From positions 1-29,639 of the forward strand of contig JBBIRK010000010.1 of NCBI GenBank assembly GCA_037441845.1: a DNA stretch of 29,639 nucleotides, written 5' to 3'. The DNA comes from Candidatus Zixiibacteriota bacterium (GTDB lineage: Bacteria > Zixibacteria > MSB-5A5 > UBA10806 > 4484-95). The stretch's first letter is position 1, and every line of letters begins with the position of its first letter. Positions 17,827 through 28,003 of the stretch are shown one piece after another. The position numbers and the translations under genes were made by a program. Under the pieces are notes generated by a model, which was given only the letters and a program-made list of their open reading frames with translations, was not told the DNA's origin and ran no database searches.

Positions 17827-18990
17827 TCAAATTCGTTTGCGCAGACGTATTCCCGGCGAATTCGCCAACGATTTTATGGCCTTGGCGAAAGAATCATCGG
17901 GGGCGGTCAGCGAAATTCTGATATAGCCTTCTCCCTGTTCGCCGAAATCGCAGCCCGGTCTCACCCGGACGCCGGTCCGCACGAAAATTTTGCGGGCGAA
18001 ACCGGTCGAGGTGGCACGGGGCGGAATTTTCGCCCAAACATACGGGCCGTGTCGTGTCTGCCTCACACTCCACCCGAGCTCACGAAGGCAATCGATCATC
18101 GCCTTGCGGCGGTTCTCGATCCGGGACAAGTAAGCTGCCTCGATTTCGGCATGTTTCTGAATCGCCAGATATGCGGCTTTCACCTGAAGCGGCGTCGGTT
18201 TGATTCCGAAAAGATGCACTATCTGACTCAGGTCCGCTATGGCGTCTTTGTGGCCTATCGCGAATCCAAAATCGGGTATACCGTAGGGAAAACCGAAAGA
18301 ATGCAATTCGATTACCCGATCCTTGGCGCGCGGGATCCGCAACGGCAAATCCATGTGCGGTTGCGAAATACCGCAATAAGGGCAGTCGGCCACGATCAGA
18401 GCATTGTTTCGTTTCAATACGTCAAGCAGCTCGCGGTAAAAATAAAGATCGGCTTCGGCTCCTGTCGGATTGTGAGGATAATTGACAATGACCAGTTTCA
18501 ATCTGCGGCTGCCGCTTTCGAAAAACGCCGGATTAGGCAGGTAATCGTTTTTTTCGAACAGTGGATAGGGACGGATTTCGGCGCCCGCCATTACACCCGC
18601 CGTTCGATAAACCGCCAGACCGGGATCGGGAACTGCCACGACATCGCCGGGATTGACAAGAGCCAGAAAAAGCAACGGAAAGGTCAATTTCGCCCCCGGC
18701 GTCAAGGCGATTTCCTTTTCCGGATGCAACGGTCTGTCATAATAACTCGAATACAACGCGGCGATCGCCGTTTTCAAGGCGGCAACGGTATCAGGCGGCG
18801 CCGCCGCAGATAATGTCGCGGACTGGTTGGAGATCATTTCATTGATGGTCGAGGGGTCGGGTGTAACCGAATCGAGGCCGATACAATCCATCTCCCGTCT
18901 TTCGAGCAGTTTCCGAGTTATTCTCATCGGGCCGAGATTCGGCCTAGGCGCCTTCTGGAATCTATCGGCTTTATCGATCAAGATTTTCAT
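17827..18990 (-). CDS. Class I/II aminotransferase-fold protein (DapL/DapC-like), PLP lysine apparently absent
   Basis: 'LVNPGDVVAVPDPG..VY', 'NYPHNPTGA', 'DCPY', 'PG..FGEQGEGYIRISL'; the cofactor motif reads 'IELHSFGFPYG' instead of ExxSxSKxY. Confidence 0.85.
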   Translation of the reverse strand: MKILIDKADRFQKAPRPNLGPMRITRKLLERREMDCIGLDSVTPDPSTINEMISNQSATLSAAAPPDTVAALKTAIAALYSSYYDRPLHPEKEIALTPGAKLTFPLLFLALVNPGDVVAVPDPGLAVYRTAGVMAGAEIRPYPLFEKNDYLPNPAFFESGSRRLKLVIVNYPHNPTGAEADLYFYRELLDVLKRNNALIVADCPYCGISQPHMDLPLRIPRAKDRVIELHSFGFPYGIPDFGFAIGHKDAIADLSQIVHLFGIKPTPLQVKAAYLAIQKHAEIEAAYLSRIENRRKAMIDCLRELGWSVRQTRHGPYVWAKIPPRATSTGFARKIFVRTGVRVRPGCDFGEQGEGYIRISLTAPDDSFAKAIKSLANSPGIRLRKRI

Positions 18991-19064
18991 TTTGGCCCGC
19001 GATTATTGCCGCCTTTGGTCGGTTTGAAAGGGAAATCGAGCGTTTCCCCGGGTTCGAGCAGTCC

Positions 19065-19679
19065 CTAGTTAAACTCTTCATCCTCTTCGCCATCATATAT
19101 TTCCGGTCCGACGATCTCAAAGGCGGTCAGCCATTTGATGCAATCGTGCTCAAGGTTTTCTATTTTAATCAGGCAGTCTTCGAGATTGTTTCCGCAAGCG
19201 AAAACGCCGTGGTCATAAAGAATGAACAGGTCGTTTTCGGATATGACATCTTGAACTTCTTTGACGAATTTTTCGGGCTCGATACCAGAATTATCCAAGA
19301 CCGGAACCGGCGATAAGGCCGGCCGCCCCAAAACCGAACTCAAATCCTCGATACCGCCGGATAACGAGATAACCGTGCTAATCGGGTGGGCATGACAAAC
19401 AGCCATGACATCAGGGCGTTGGGAATAAATCCCTAAATGAAACGGGGTATCGGTCGACGGTTTTCCTGTTCCGGCAAGGGTTTTTCCTGTGGGCGCGATA
19501 GTAATGATGTCCTGAGGCTCAAGCAGCGCCTTATGTCGGCCCGACGGCGTGATCATGATATCGCCGTTGGGGAGGCGCAGAGATAGATTCCCTTGATTAC
19601 CGGCGATCAAGCCCTTTTCGTAAAGCAGCTTTCCGAATAGGCAGATCGATTCGGCGGCCTTGTTCGAATCTTGCTCCAA
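19065..19679 (-). CDS. Class II aldolase/adducin family protein
   Basis: 'GNLSLR', 'ITPSG..K', 'KPSTD..FHLGIY', 'VCHAHP', 'DHGV'; TTG start at 19679 with GGAGG RBS upstream. Confidence 0.85.
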   Translation of the reverse strand: MEQDSNKAAESICLFGKLLYEKGLIAGNQGNLSLRLPNGDIMITPSGRHKALLEPQDIITIAPTGKTLAGTGKPSTDTPFHLGIYSQRPDVMAVCHAHPISTVISLSGGIEDLSSVLGRPALSPVPVLDNSGIEPEKFVKEVQDVISENDLFILYDHGVFACGNNLEDCLIKIENLEHDCIKWLTAFEIVGPEIYDGEEDEEFN

Positions 19680-19683
19680 GACT

Positions 19684-20061
19684 TTATTTTTCCTCCCCCA
19701 GCATGATCGCCGAGGCGATCGCATGGTCGTGAGTGTGGGACATAGAGATTATGATACGCCTGTTTCCGACTATGTTTTGAATTGTTTTCCCGAGTCTGAC
19801 GGCAGGCTGCCCGAGGGGGTCGTTGACGATTTCTATCGATGTCCATTTCACCCCGTTGTTGTAGCCGGTGCCGATCGCTTTGAGGACCGCCTCCTTGGCC
19901 GCGAAACGGGCCGCGAACGATTGTTCCGGAAAGGACTTGCTCTGGCAATAGTTTATTTCCCAGGGGGTGAAAATCCTCTGCACGAACCGATCCCCCCATC
20001 GCTGGATCGCCTGGCGGATTCGATATACTTCGACGATATCTATTCCCATTGAGTCGATCAT
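19684..20061 (-). CDS. acpS: Holo-[acyl-carrier-protein] synthase
   Basis: 'GIDIVE', 'FAARFAAKEAVLKAIGTG', 'GQP', 'ISMSH'; start placed at ATG 20061. Confidence 0.95.
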   Translation of the reverse strand: MIDSMGIDIVEVYRIRQAIQRWGDRFVQRIFTPWEINYCQSKSFPEQSFAARFAAKEAVLKAIGTGYNNGVKWTSIEIVNDPLGQPAVRLGKTIQNIVGNRRIIISMSHTHDHAIASAIMLGEEK

Positions 20062-20174
20062 GACCGTTTCGTTCAAGGTTTTCAATATAGGTCAAAAAAA
20101 ATCAAAGTCAAAGTCTAATTTGCCGATATCAAGAATATACTTGCGTTGCGGTAAATACCGATTAAGTTGATAAT

Positions 20175-20356
20175 GGCGGGATGAGGGGGAGATTGAAAAC
20201 CTAACACCATTTCAATGAAGGCCGCACCTCGGTGATGCGCTTACGCCATGACCCCCGGGTTCCGGGGCGAGCGAACGCAAAAAGCGCCGGGTTGCAATAA
20301 TACGCCTTTATCGTACCGGACGGTTGTGTTTTCGGTTCGATTCTTCCCATCTCGCC
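20175..20356 (+). ncRNA. ssrS: Probable 6S RNA
   Basis: 182 nt. The 5' GGCGGGATGAGGGGGAGATTGAA pairs with the 3' TTCGATTCTTCCCATCTCGCC to form a long closing stem, followed by an A/C-rich bubble-like strand AACCTAACACC. Upstream TTGCGT-N16-TAAGTT promoter-like site and downstream terminator. Family call is from size and architecture only. Confidence 0.6.
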
Positions 20357-20366
20357 TTAAATTAAT

Positions 20367-20400
20367 AGCCGGATCTGCAAGGACCCGGCTTTTATATTTT
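20367..20400 (+). terminator. Intrinsic terminator after the ncRNA
   Basis: AGCCGG(20367-72)...CCGGCT(20385-90) hairpin followed by a T-rich tract. Confidence 0.65.
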
Positions 20401-20427
20401 TGGGGGCGGTCGGCGCCGCCTTAGCGT

Positions 20428-20976
20428 TTACTTATGAATTACCCGTAAAAAAGCCCCGTCACGGAATTGCCGCACCACGTTCGCAGGCAGATGCAGAACG
20501 CCCTCATCGGTTCGCGCAGTCGCCAACATCAAGCCGAAATTGCGACGGACGCCGGTCGTCACTTCCCTGACGAATTCGGTCAGGTCGAGGTATATTCTGC
20601 TTGATTGCGGATTGTCCGTCGCGATCGTGAAAGTGTAGGTGACCAACGTGTCCAAGTCTCTTCCCGGAGTTGACCAGGGATTGTTCAGTCGCTTTGCGGT
20701 GTCCAGTCGTGGATAATCGGCCTGGCGCGGAACTCGATGGAACCGGCGATATCGGCATCGCTGAAATCCAGCGGCGCCACCAGCTCGGCATAAATTATCT
20801 CCGTGCTCTCGGGAAGTTCGGTCAGAGGGAAATTCACCGCCAGGAAGGTATTGTGAGTGTTCATGTCGTTCGGAGGCGGCGCCACGACCGCGAACCTATC
20901 CGGGTGGATCGTCGTCTCTCGAGCGGATACGGGAAGCACCATGGCTTATCAGAATGATAATCGATGCGATCTTCAT
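20428..20976 (-). pseudogene. Secreted protein of about 182 aa (DNRLRE-like motifs), two frameshifts
   Basis: AAGGAGG RBS + ATG 20976 'MKIASIIILI' joins 'AMVLPVSA-RETT' after removing 1 nt near 20946. 'HDWTPQSD' joins 'NNPWSTPGRDLDT...NFGLML' after restoring 1 nt near 20686. Confidence 0.7.
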
Positions 20977-20987
20977 AGATACCCTCC

Positions 20988-23899
20988 TTATCTCAGCAAC
21001 GTCATTTTTCTTGATTCCGTGAATTGCCCGGATTCGATCCGGCAGATATAAAGGCCGCTTGATACCGGCTCGTTGAGTTGGTTGCGGCCATCCCAAGTGT
21101 AGGTGTGCTCCCCAGATTGCAAGTAGCCGTTTACGATAGTGGCGATTTTCTGTCCCAGAATATTGTAGATCGCCACGCTGGTGAAACCCGGCTCGGGTAG
21201 AGTGAACTTTATAGTCGTGCTCGGATTGAACGGATTGGGGAAAGCGGGGGAAAGCGAGAAGGCGAGATTTTCGAGTAAAGGGGAGCCTTGTTTTGGAAAT
21301 GGATCGATCGTCAGCCATGGCGTATATGCAATTGCAGAGCGACCATAGAATTTATTGGTATCGGGACCACTTGAGCCGTAGAAGTTGCCGACGGCTAGAA
21401 GCAGGCATGGCAATAGGGGGCGCGGTGGGAAAAGATGCCTTATATAATAGGACGTACACCCTTCAAAATCATTGTAGCCATAAGAAGTCCCCCGGCCAAG
21501 GTCGGGACAAGAATTATTATCTTCCACCCCGATATCAACCGACTTGAATTGGCAGCGGCGAACCACCGGAGCCGAATTGTATGCGTTGATGCCTTTCCCA
21601 TAATCCTTGGTGATATCCATTATATAACAGCTCTCGATTGCCGCGTCGGAACTCGAATTTGCATAGTTGCCATAATATGGTTGATTTACTATTGTATCGG
21701 CCTTGACTTTGCCGGGCGCGGAAGTAAGGTAAAGTCCTCCCTGACCATAATCAGCCAGGTAGTTGCGGTCGATGCGGATCTTATCGATTGAGCCGGCAAA
21801 GATCGCATACTGGGAGCTATCCGGCAAAGTCGGCGCGCTTCGGGTGATTCGGCACCTTGTAATTTTAGTTGAGTCGTATGGTGCAGAGGGATGGCCAGCG
21901 ATCGTGATGCCGTAGCGCTGGCAACCGTCGAACATACACGAGTCAATCACCGAGACGGCGCCGTCAGCCCAAACTCCCCGCAAACCGATATCCTCGAAAC
22001 TGCAGCCGTAAGCGGAAAGCGTGCCTTTATAGTTGTAGATTCCATTATGTTGACAATCCGTGAACTCAACACGATTCAGAGTCGCATTGCCGTTATTTCT
22101 TATCTCGATACCATTTACCGCATACCCGACCTGGCCATAGCTTATGACGGCTTTGCCGCCCACCGCGACGTAAATTCCCTGCCAGTCACCCGGGGCGCCG
22201 CTGTCATACTGCGAGGACGACGAGACGAAACGGATCGGCCGCTGGGCTGTCCCCTCCGCTATAAGCGTGCCTTCGACTATCAGCTCCGATTTCTGGGCGT
22301 CGTAGCCGCCGGATTGATTGTCCTCGCCGGTCTGGAAATAGAGATGGTCGTGCCGGGCAGGATGCGCAGGGTGTCGCCGGATTGCACGGTGATATCGCCG
22401 GTGATGGCATACCCCTTGTCGATTGCGGTATCTCCCCAGATCATCGAGTTGTCAAGCACCCCATACCAGTTGTTGACCAGCAGGTCGGCGTAGATGTGGC
22501 CGTTATGGGGATGAATGTTGCGAACCGCAAGATGAGACCATACGACCTGGCTGTCCTGAGCATTGTAGAATTTACTGGAAGGGTTGGAAAAATCATCGAA
22601 ATTGGTATAGGTGATGCCATCGAAGAAAGAATTGATGCTCATCGCTCCTGTCGACGGCCAGATTCCCATGCATCGACCCTTAACATCAAAGCTATCGAGA
22701 CCAAATGCCGGATTTGGTCTGTCAACGTAGATTGAAACAGATTCCGACAGACAAGTTCTGCCACAATCACCAGGTATATGCGTGAAATAGGAACAAGTGT
22801 CGATATACCAATCATAAAGACCAGACGCTATCTCTACGTCGATATTTTTATGTCGCGGATTATCCGACCAGGAGCAGTTTGTTCTTACGTGAAAAATAGC
22901 CAAGCCACCCGAGTCCGGCGAAGGCCATTGCAGGTCAAATGAGGATGTTCGTTTGTGAGATATAATATAGAATTTTTGCTGGGCATTGAGGACGGAATCC
23001 TGAAGAATATATATACAGGTATCTCCTTCCGACCAGTAGGGCATACGGAAGTTAAAACGTGGCCTGTCGATTCTGACTGCATCCATCCAATTCAGAAGAA
23101 TGTCTCGCCAGTAGGGATTATAAGGGCCGCGCACGCCATCGTATACTCCATCAAACGAACCCGTCCCGATGTGCATGAAATTATTAAAGCCACTGTGATC
23201 AATATCGGGAATGCCTAATCCGTGTGCGTATTCGTGGTGCAGTATGTATTGCGCTCTCGGTTCGCCGCCGAGGTAAAAGTTGCCGTTAATTGTGTAGCTT
23301 TTGTTAAACATAAAAGCGATTGCTCCGTCCAATAAAGAAACTCCCTCATCGCTGGAATAATCGTGGAAATCTAAGCTAACAAGCCCCCCGACAGCATACC
23401 AATTGCAGATTAAAAATAAAAGCATATCGACCTTGCCGTCCGGAACGCCATGGGGACCGGTAATGTCGAAATCACGAAAATCATATAATTCGTCCACCTG
23501 TTCCATGATGTCGTCGAAATATTCCTCCTTAAACCAGAACCAATCACCTATACTATCGATATTGACGCTTGAGACAAACATGGTATCACGCGATGGTGCG
23601 GAAGTGCCAATTACCATATGTTTTGAAAACGATGTCTGCGAAAAATATTGGGCGAAACTCCCATCATGAAGGGTATCCCAGATATCTTGCATCCAGGGAA
23701 TCATTAGCTTCATGGTGTCGTTGCTAATGCCGTCGCGGGCATAGGAAAATACGACAAGAATTGCCGAAGTGTCGCGCGGCAAAATCAGGCTGGTCATCGA
23801 AGTATCCCATTAGCATGGCATTTCCTGGGCGATGGTTATCGATGGCCAGACAAGCACCAGTACTACCAGGCTAATTTGCCATTGAGTAGATTGCTTCAT
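20988..23899 (-). pseudogene. Secreted zinc metalloprotease (M6-like HExxH) + beta-helix + FlgD-Ig/T9SS-like C-terminal domain, about 969 aa; one nonsense codon and one frameshift
   Basis: AAGGAGG RBS + ATG 23899 signal peptide; in-frame TAA at 23810-23812; 'HHEYAHGLGIPD'; 2-nt frameshift near 22342 joins 'ILPGTTI' to 'YFQTGED...LIVEGTLIAEGT..PIRF...GDWQGI'; C-terminus 'FPNPFNPSTTIKF...WDGRN...VSSGLYICRI...KMTLLR'. Confidence 0.8.
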
Positions 23900-23917
23900 A
23901 CTAACCTCCTTGATTGA

Positions 23918-25084
23918 TTAATGGATTATTATAAAGGTGTGCCTTATTTCTCGATCATCACATCGGATAACGGCGAAATATATTCCATCCCCTATATTTA
24001 ACTCTTTGGATTGACCATATGCCTATTGGTATATTGAACCGGAATCCATTTCAAAGTAATGGATCCTCTGTCCGAGAATGTTAAAAATATCCACCGAATA
24101 GATCGTATTCTTATTTCCCTGGGCCCTGAAGAATATGACATCCCGCGCAGGATTGGGGAATATATCCAACTCCAATTGCGGCATTATGCCGCCATCTTGA
24201 TTAATCGTGTCAATGCCGGTTTGCCAGTAAGATATGTATATGTCCGTAAAACCTGGTCCTCCCGGGCGGCTTGAGGCAAACAATATGGCTGACCCATCCC
24301 AGTATAAAGCCGGACTCTCCTCCCAATCAGGGCTGTTAACCTCAGTTAGAATGCAAAGGGAATCCCAATTGTCGCCGACCTTTTTTATTTTATATAATTC
24401 GGGTGCCCCCTGCCACTCCGGCGGGTAAAAATCATAATGGGCCCAGGAGCAGAAATAGAGTTCGTCTCCGGATATATTTGGATATGCCCCATATTCGTGC
24501 GCTGAAGTGTTTATTGCCAACCCCAAATTTAATGGCTCACCCCAGTTCTGGGTAGAATCATTCCACTCTGTATACCATATGTCCTCCCTGCCCCAGCTGA
24601 AATGCCTGTCCGATGATAGATACATTGTTCTGCCGTCATACGACAGTTGTACATCCCATTCCATAAATTCCGTATTAATGGGCGGTGGCAACACCGTGGC
24701 CGCACCCCAGCACTGACAGCTATCGTCCCAATTCGATTTCCATATATCGTAGGTGCCAATTCCTCCTGCAGCCCAAGAGGTAAAATAAAGCGTTCTGTTA
24801 TCCGGCGTAACACTGGCCTTAACCTGACGTTGCCCTCGGTTAATGTTGGGCCCAAGGTCGTATGAGGTTCCCCATCCTGTTCCAGTCCAGCGGGATGCCC
24901 TTATCCTGTTGCCCGTGGTAAAATATAAGGTTTGGCCATCAGGAGAAATGGAAGGATAAAAATCATCAATGACACCATTAATTGAATCCACCGGGACCGG
25001 TTCGCTCCAGTGGCCGGTATGAGCATAGGCCGGCACCGCCGCCAGCAGCATCACCGCCATCATCATTATCAAGCTTCGTTTCAT
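23918..25084 (-). pseudogene. Secreted PD40/TolB-like propeller protein with T9SS-like C-terminal domain, about 388 aa; premature TAG
   Basis: Signal peptide; repeats 'PSISPDGQTLYF', 'NLGLAINT', 'SRPGGPGFTDIY'; 'IFPNPA...IFNILGQ'. After TAG 24023-24025 the frame continues 'AYG...GDGIYFAVI...TFIIIH' to TAA 23918, completing the domain. Confidence 0.75.
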
Positions 25085-25260
25085 CCTCGGCCTCCCCGGC
25101 TCAAGGGTGCTGGTAGCTATAATAAAGGGGGATATTTATTAATAAAGCTGCTGCTGATTACTTTACTTGTCAAGGTTATACCCATCCTTTTCTCGATTTT
25201 GCCTTATGCGTTCAGTGGCATTTTTGCAGCGAAGGTCTGTTAAATCAATGCCGTTTCTTA

Positions 25261-25289
25261 TTGAGAAGCGATCAATGATGTGATACTAT
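25261..25289 (+). promoter_or_regulatory. Candidate sigma70 promoter of the transglutaminase gene
   Basis: TTGAGA-N17-TACTAT, 36 nt before the ATG; RBS GGAGGT at about 25315. Confidence 0.4.
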
Positions 25290-25325
25290 AAATCCGTAAC
25301 TATCATTTCAATATGGAGGTGGATA

Positions 25326-26984
25326 ATGAAAGTGTCGATAATCTTCGTTTCGCTGATCATAGTTTTAGGCCTGATGTCGCAACCTGCTCCAGCGGTAATC
25401 GGCGACCGGGTCGGCACGTTTCCCGCTCCGCGCAATAATCCAACGGGCCTTGCATTCGATGGTGCGAATTTTTATCTGAGCGATCGCAAAACCGATTCGA
25501 TCTATTGTCTTGAAACGAAAACCGGTATGCTCGTTTCCGGTTTTCCGGCCCCCGGATTGCGAGTGAGCGGTTTGACGTTCGACGGCGCCTACCTATGGGC
25601 AGCGGACGCTGAGGAGAAGGTCATTATCAAGTTCGACCCGCATAATTTTGTCAGTTTGCTGACTATTTATTGTCCGGCCGAGGAGCCCGGAGGTTTGGCT
25701 TTCGACGGCGTTTATCTCTGGCTGGGAGATATCCGACGGGGGAAGTTGCTGCAGATTTCACCGGAAGACGGCACTACGATCAAAGAGCTGCCGGCGCCAT
25801 CGGGCAGCCCGACGGGACTGGCATTCGATGGCGTCTATCTCTGGGTCGCCGATAGAAACAGCGATTATATCTATATGGTTTGGCCGCAAAGCGGCGAGGT
25901 TATCCTGATGTTCAAGGCCCCGGGTAAGTACGCCGTCGGGTTGGCTTGTGCGGGTGATTTGTTGTACTGCGCCGATTATCAGTCGGATTCGATCTACGCG
26001 TTGAAAGCCGACGACAACGAATTTTTCCGACTGAGCGAACCGGTTGTGGAGAAAATCGAATACACACATCAGTATCGTAACTACGGCCCGGGAATGGTAA
26101 CGTCGCTCGATATATTTCTGGCTCTGCCCGAACAATCGCCTCGTCAAAAAATAATCCAACAACCCGAATTCGGTTCAGCGCCGCAACGAATAGCCGCCGA
26201 CCAATGGGGGCAGCAAACCGCCCACTGGCATTTCGATTCGGTCGCCGCAGGGGAGGTGGTTTCGGCGTCATACGAAACGAAAGCCGAGCTCTACGATCAG
26301 TGGTTTATTTTCCGACCGGAAAGGGTGGGACGACTTAAAGATATTCCGGGCGAAATAAAGAAAACATATCTTGCCGACTGTTCGAAATACGCGATTCATT
26401 CGCCGGTCATTGCCGATGCGGTCAAGCAGGCGGTGGGGGCCGAACACAATCCCTACTGGATCATGCGGAAGATCCTGCGTTACATAATCGACCATCTCGA
26501 ATACGAGCTTGCCGGAGGCTGGAATATCGCGCCCACCGTTTTGGAGATGGGAAAAGGTTCGTGCTCTGAATATTCGTTCGTATTCATATCCATGTGCCGG
26601 GCGGCCGGGCTGCCGGCCCGCTACGTCGGTTCTATCGCTCAACGTGGAGATCTGGCCGGGGAGGATGAAGTTTTCCATCGCTGGTGCGAGGTTTACCTGC
26701 CTAATATTGGCTGGGTGCCGGTCGATCCCTCGGCGGCGGACCAAAAAAGCCCCCATGGTCAGGCGAGTTTTATCGGCCATGTGGCCAACCGTTACCTGAT
26801 AACCACGATTGGCGGCGGAGACTCGCAGTATCTGGGGTGGGAATATAATTCGTATGAGAAATACGAATCGGAGGGAGTGTGTAAAATCTACTCCGAAAAA
26901 CTGGGTGAGTGGGCGCCGATGATGATCGAAGATACTGCCGGCGCCGAAAGTCCTCGGATACCTGAGTCATGCAAGCCCCGTTGA
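25326..26984 (+). CDS. Secreted beta-propeller + transglutaminase-like domain protein
   Basis: Signal peptide; 4-5 repeats of 'PxGLAFDGxYLW'; Cys-His-Asp triad 'GKGSCSEYS', 'FHRWCEVY', 'WVPVDPS'. Confidence 0.88.
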   Translation: MKVSIIFVSLIIVLGLMSQPAPAVIGDRVGTFPAPRNNPTGLAFDGANFYLSDRKTDSIYCLETKTGMLVSGFPAPGLRVSGLTFDGAYLWAADAEEKVIIKFDPHNFVSLLTIYCPAEEPGGLAFDGVYLWLGDIRRGKLLQISPEDGTTIKELPAPSGSPTGLAFDGVYLWVADRNSDYIYMVWPQSGEVILMFKAPGKYAVGLACAGDLLYCADYQSDSIYALKADDNEFFRLSEPVVEKIEYTHQYRNYGPGMVTSLDIFLALPEQSPRQKIIQQPEFGSAPQRIAADQWGQQTAHWHFDSVAAGEVVSASYETKAELYDQWFIFRPERVGRLKDIPGEIKKTYLADCSKYAIHSPVIADAVKQAVGAEHNPYWIMRKILRYIIDHLEYELAGGWNIAPTVLEMGKGSCSEYSFVFISMCRAAGLPARYVGSIAQRGDLAGEDEVFHRWCEVYLPNIGWVPVDPSAADQKSPHGQASFIGHVANRYLITTIGGGDSQYLGWEYNSYEKYESEGVCKIYSEKLGEWAPMMIEDTAGAESPRIPESCKPR

Positions 26985-27037
26985 TCGGCAAACCGTGGGG
27001 ATAGGAAGGTATCAATAATCACAGTCAGCCCTAATTG

Positions 27038-28003
27038 CTATTGTTCCAATCGGAGCTTATAATCGCCGAATCCCATGGTCGTTCCTTTACCGATACCCAA
27101 AAATTGACCCGCCTTGAATATCGACCCTATTTCGGGCGGGCAATCGTAAATCGTTATTGTCCCCACTATCCCTTCAATATCGATTGCTTTTTTCTGGCGG
27201 CTGGAATACCTTTGGGCGGGAATCTTCTTGAATTCCACTTCGGTTTTAAGAGCTTCGGCACTATCGAGCATACCGGCGAAATCCAGTTCCGGCGATAATC
27301 CACCATAGAAATGGGCAAGGTTGCTTATCCTGCGGATAAGCGTCGACAACAAATCGCGGGCTTCGGGATAGTAATTTTGTCTGGAATCAGTGATTATTTT
27401 CGTCGGAGAGAGAAAATCTATCACCAAATTCCCAGCATCGGTGAGTGAATGATCTTTGAGCAATACGGCTTTCAGGGAATTAATATACTTTTCCTTCAAC
27501 TGATTCCAAGGCCGGCGAATGCCATTATTGAAGATATCCGCCACGGTGGTTATTTTTGCGATTCCCCGGCGCGAACCGATTTTCTTGCCGATTCCCTCGC
27601 TGAAACCTTTATCTAAGGCCAGCAAAACCAAGAGGCAAAAAGCGGTTGCCTTGCCGACAAGAGTGATTCTGACATCGAATGACTGTCCCTTGACCAAGGC
27701 AATTCTGTCCCAGGGATGGACCACTATTCTGATCGGATGAGGCATCTGGGGATAAAGCTTCATCCGTTGAGCGTTCGGTGGCAAAGGCGATTCGAAAATT
27801 AGCCCATAGGGGCACGCGGAACTCAAACAACAATTCCTGCAAATACCATCGGGGGTAACGCACGACATCCGCTTGAGTTCGAATCCCAATACGCCATGGA
27901 TCACGCTGCCTGGAAACGAATTCCATTCGATGTCGCTTTCAGCCACGGCTGCGATATGGGCCGATAAAGTAGGGAAATTCAAATATTGTCTTATTTCGTT
28001 CAT
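27038..28003 (-). CDS. cas6: Cas6 pre-crRNA processing endoribonuclease
   Basis: 'GSVIHGVLG..LK...C...C..C....CPY..IFE', 'FLSPT', 'RYSSRQ' and C-terminal G-loop 'GIGKGTTMGFGDY'. Confidence 0.88.
   Translation of the reverse strand: MNEIRQYLNFPTLSAHIAAVAESDIEWNSFPGSVIHGVLGFELKRMSCVTPDGICRNCCLSSACPYGLIFESPLPPNAQRMKLYPQMPHPIRIVVHPWDRIALVKGQSFDVRITLVGKATAFCLLVLLALDKGFSEGIGKKIGSRRGIAKITTVADIFNNGIRRPWNQLKEKYINSLKAVLLKDHSLTDAGNLVIDFLSPTKIITDSRQNYYPEARDLLSTLIRRISNLAHFYGGLSPELDFAGMLDSAEALKTEVEFKKIPAQRYSSRQKKAIDIEGIVGTITIYDCPPEIGSIFKAGQFLGIGKGTTMGFGDYKLRLEQ

Noticed and set aside
9491..18813. Long antisense ORFs such as 9491..10174, 10334..10861, 12854..13597 and 17782..18813
   Set aside because: Each lies opposite a well-supported gene (peroxiredoxin, DUF1801, gyrA, aminotransferase) and shows no independent coding signal.
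20175..20356. tmRNA, tRNA or SRP RNA identity for the structured RNA (contains GGTTCGATTC)
   Set aside because: Too short for tmRNA, no CCA acceptor end or cloverleaf, and no SRP helix-8 GGAA motif.
20428..25084. Stop-codon recoding or an alternative genetic code as the cause of the in-frame stops
   Set aside because: The lesions mix TAA, TAG and frameshifts, and TAA/TAG/TGA terminate intact genes normally elsewhere in the window.
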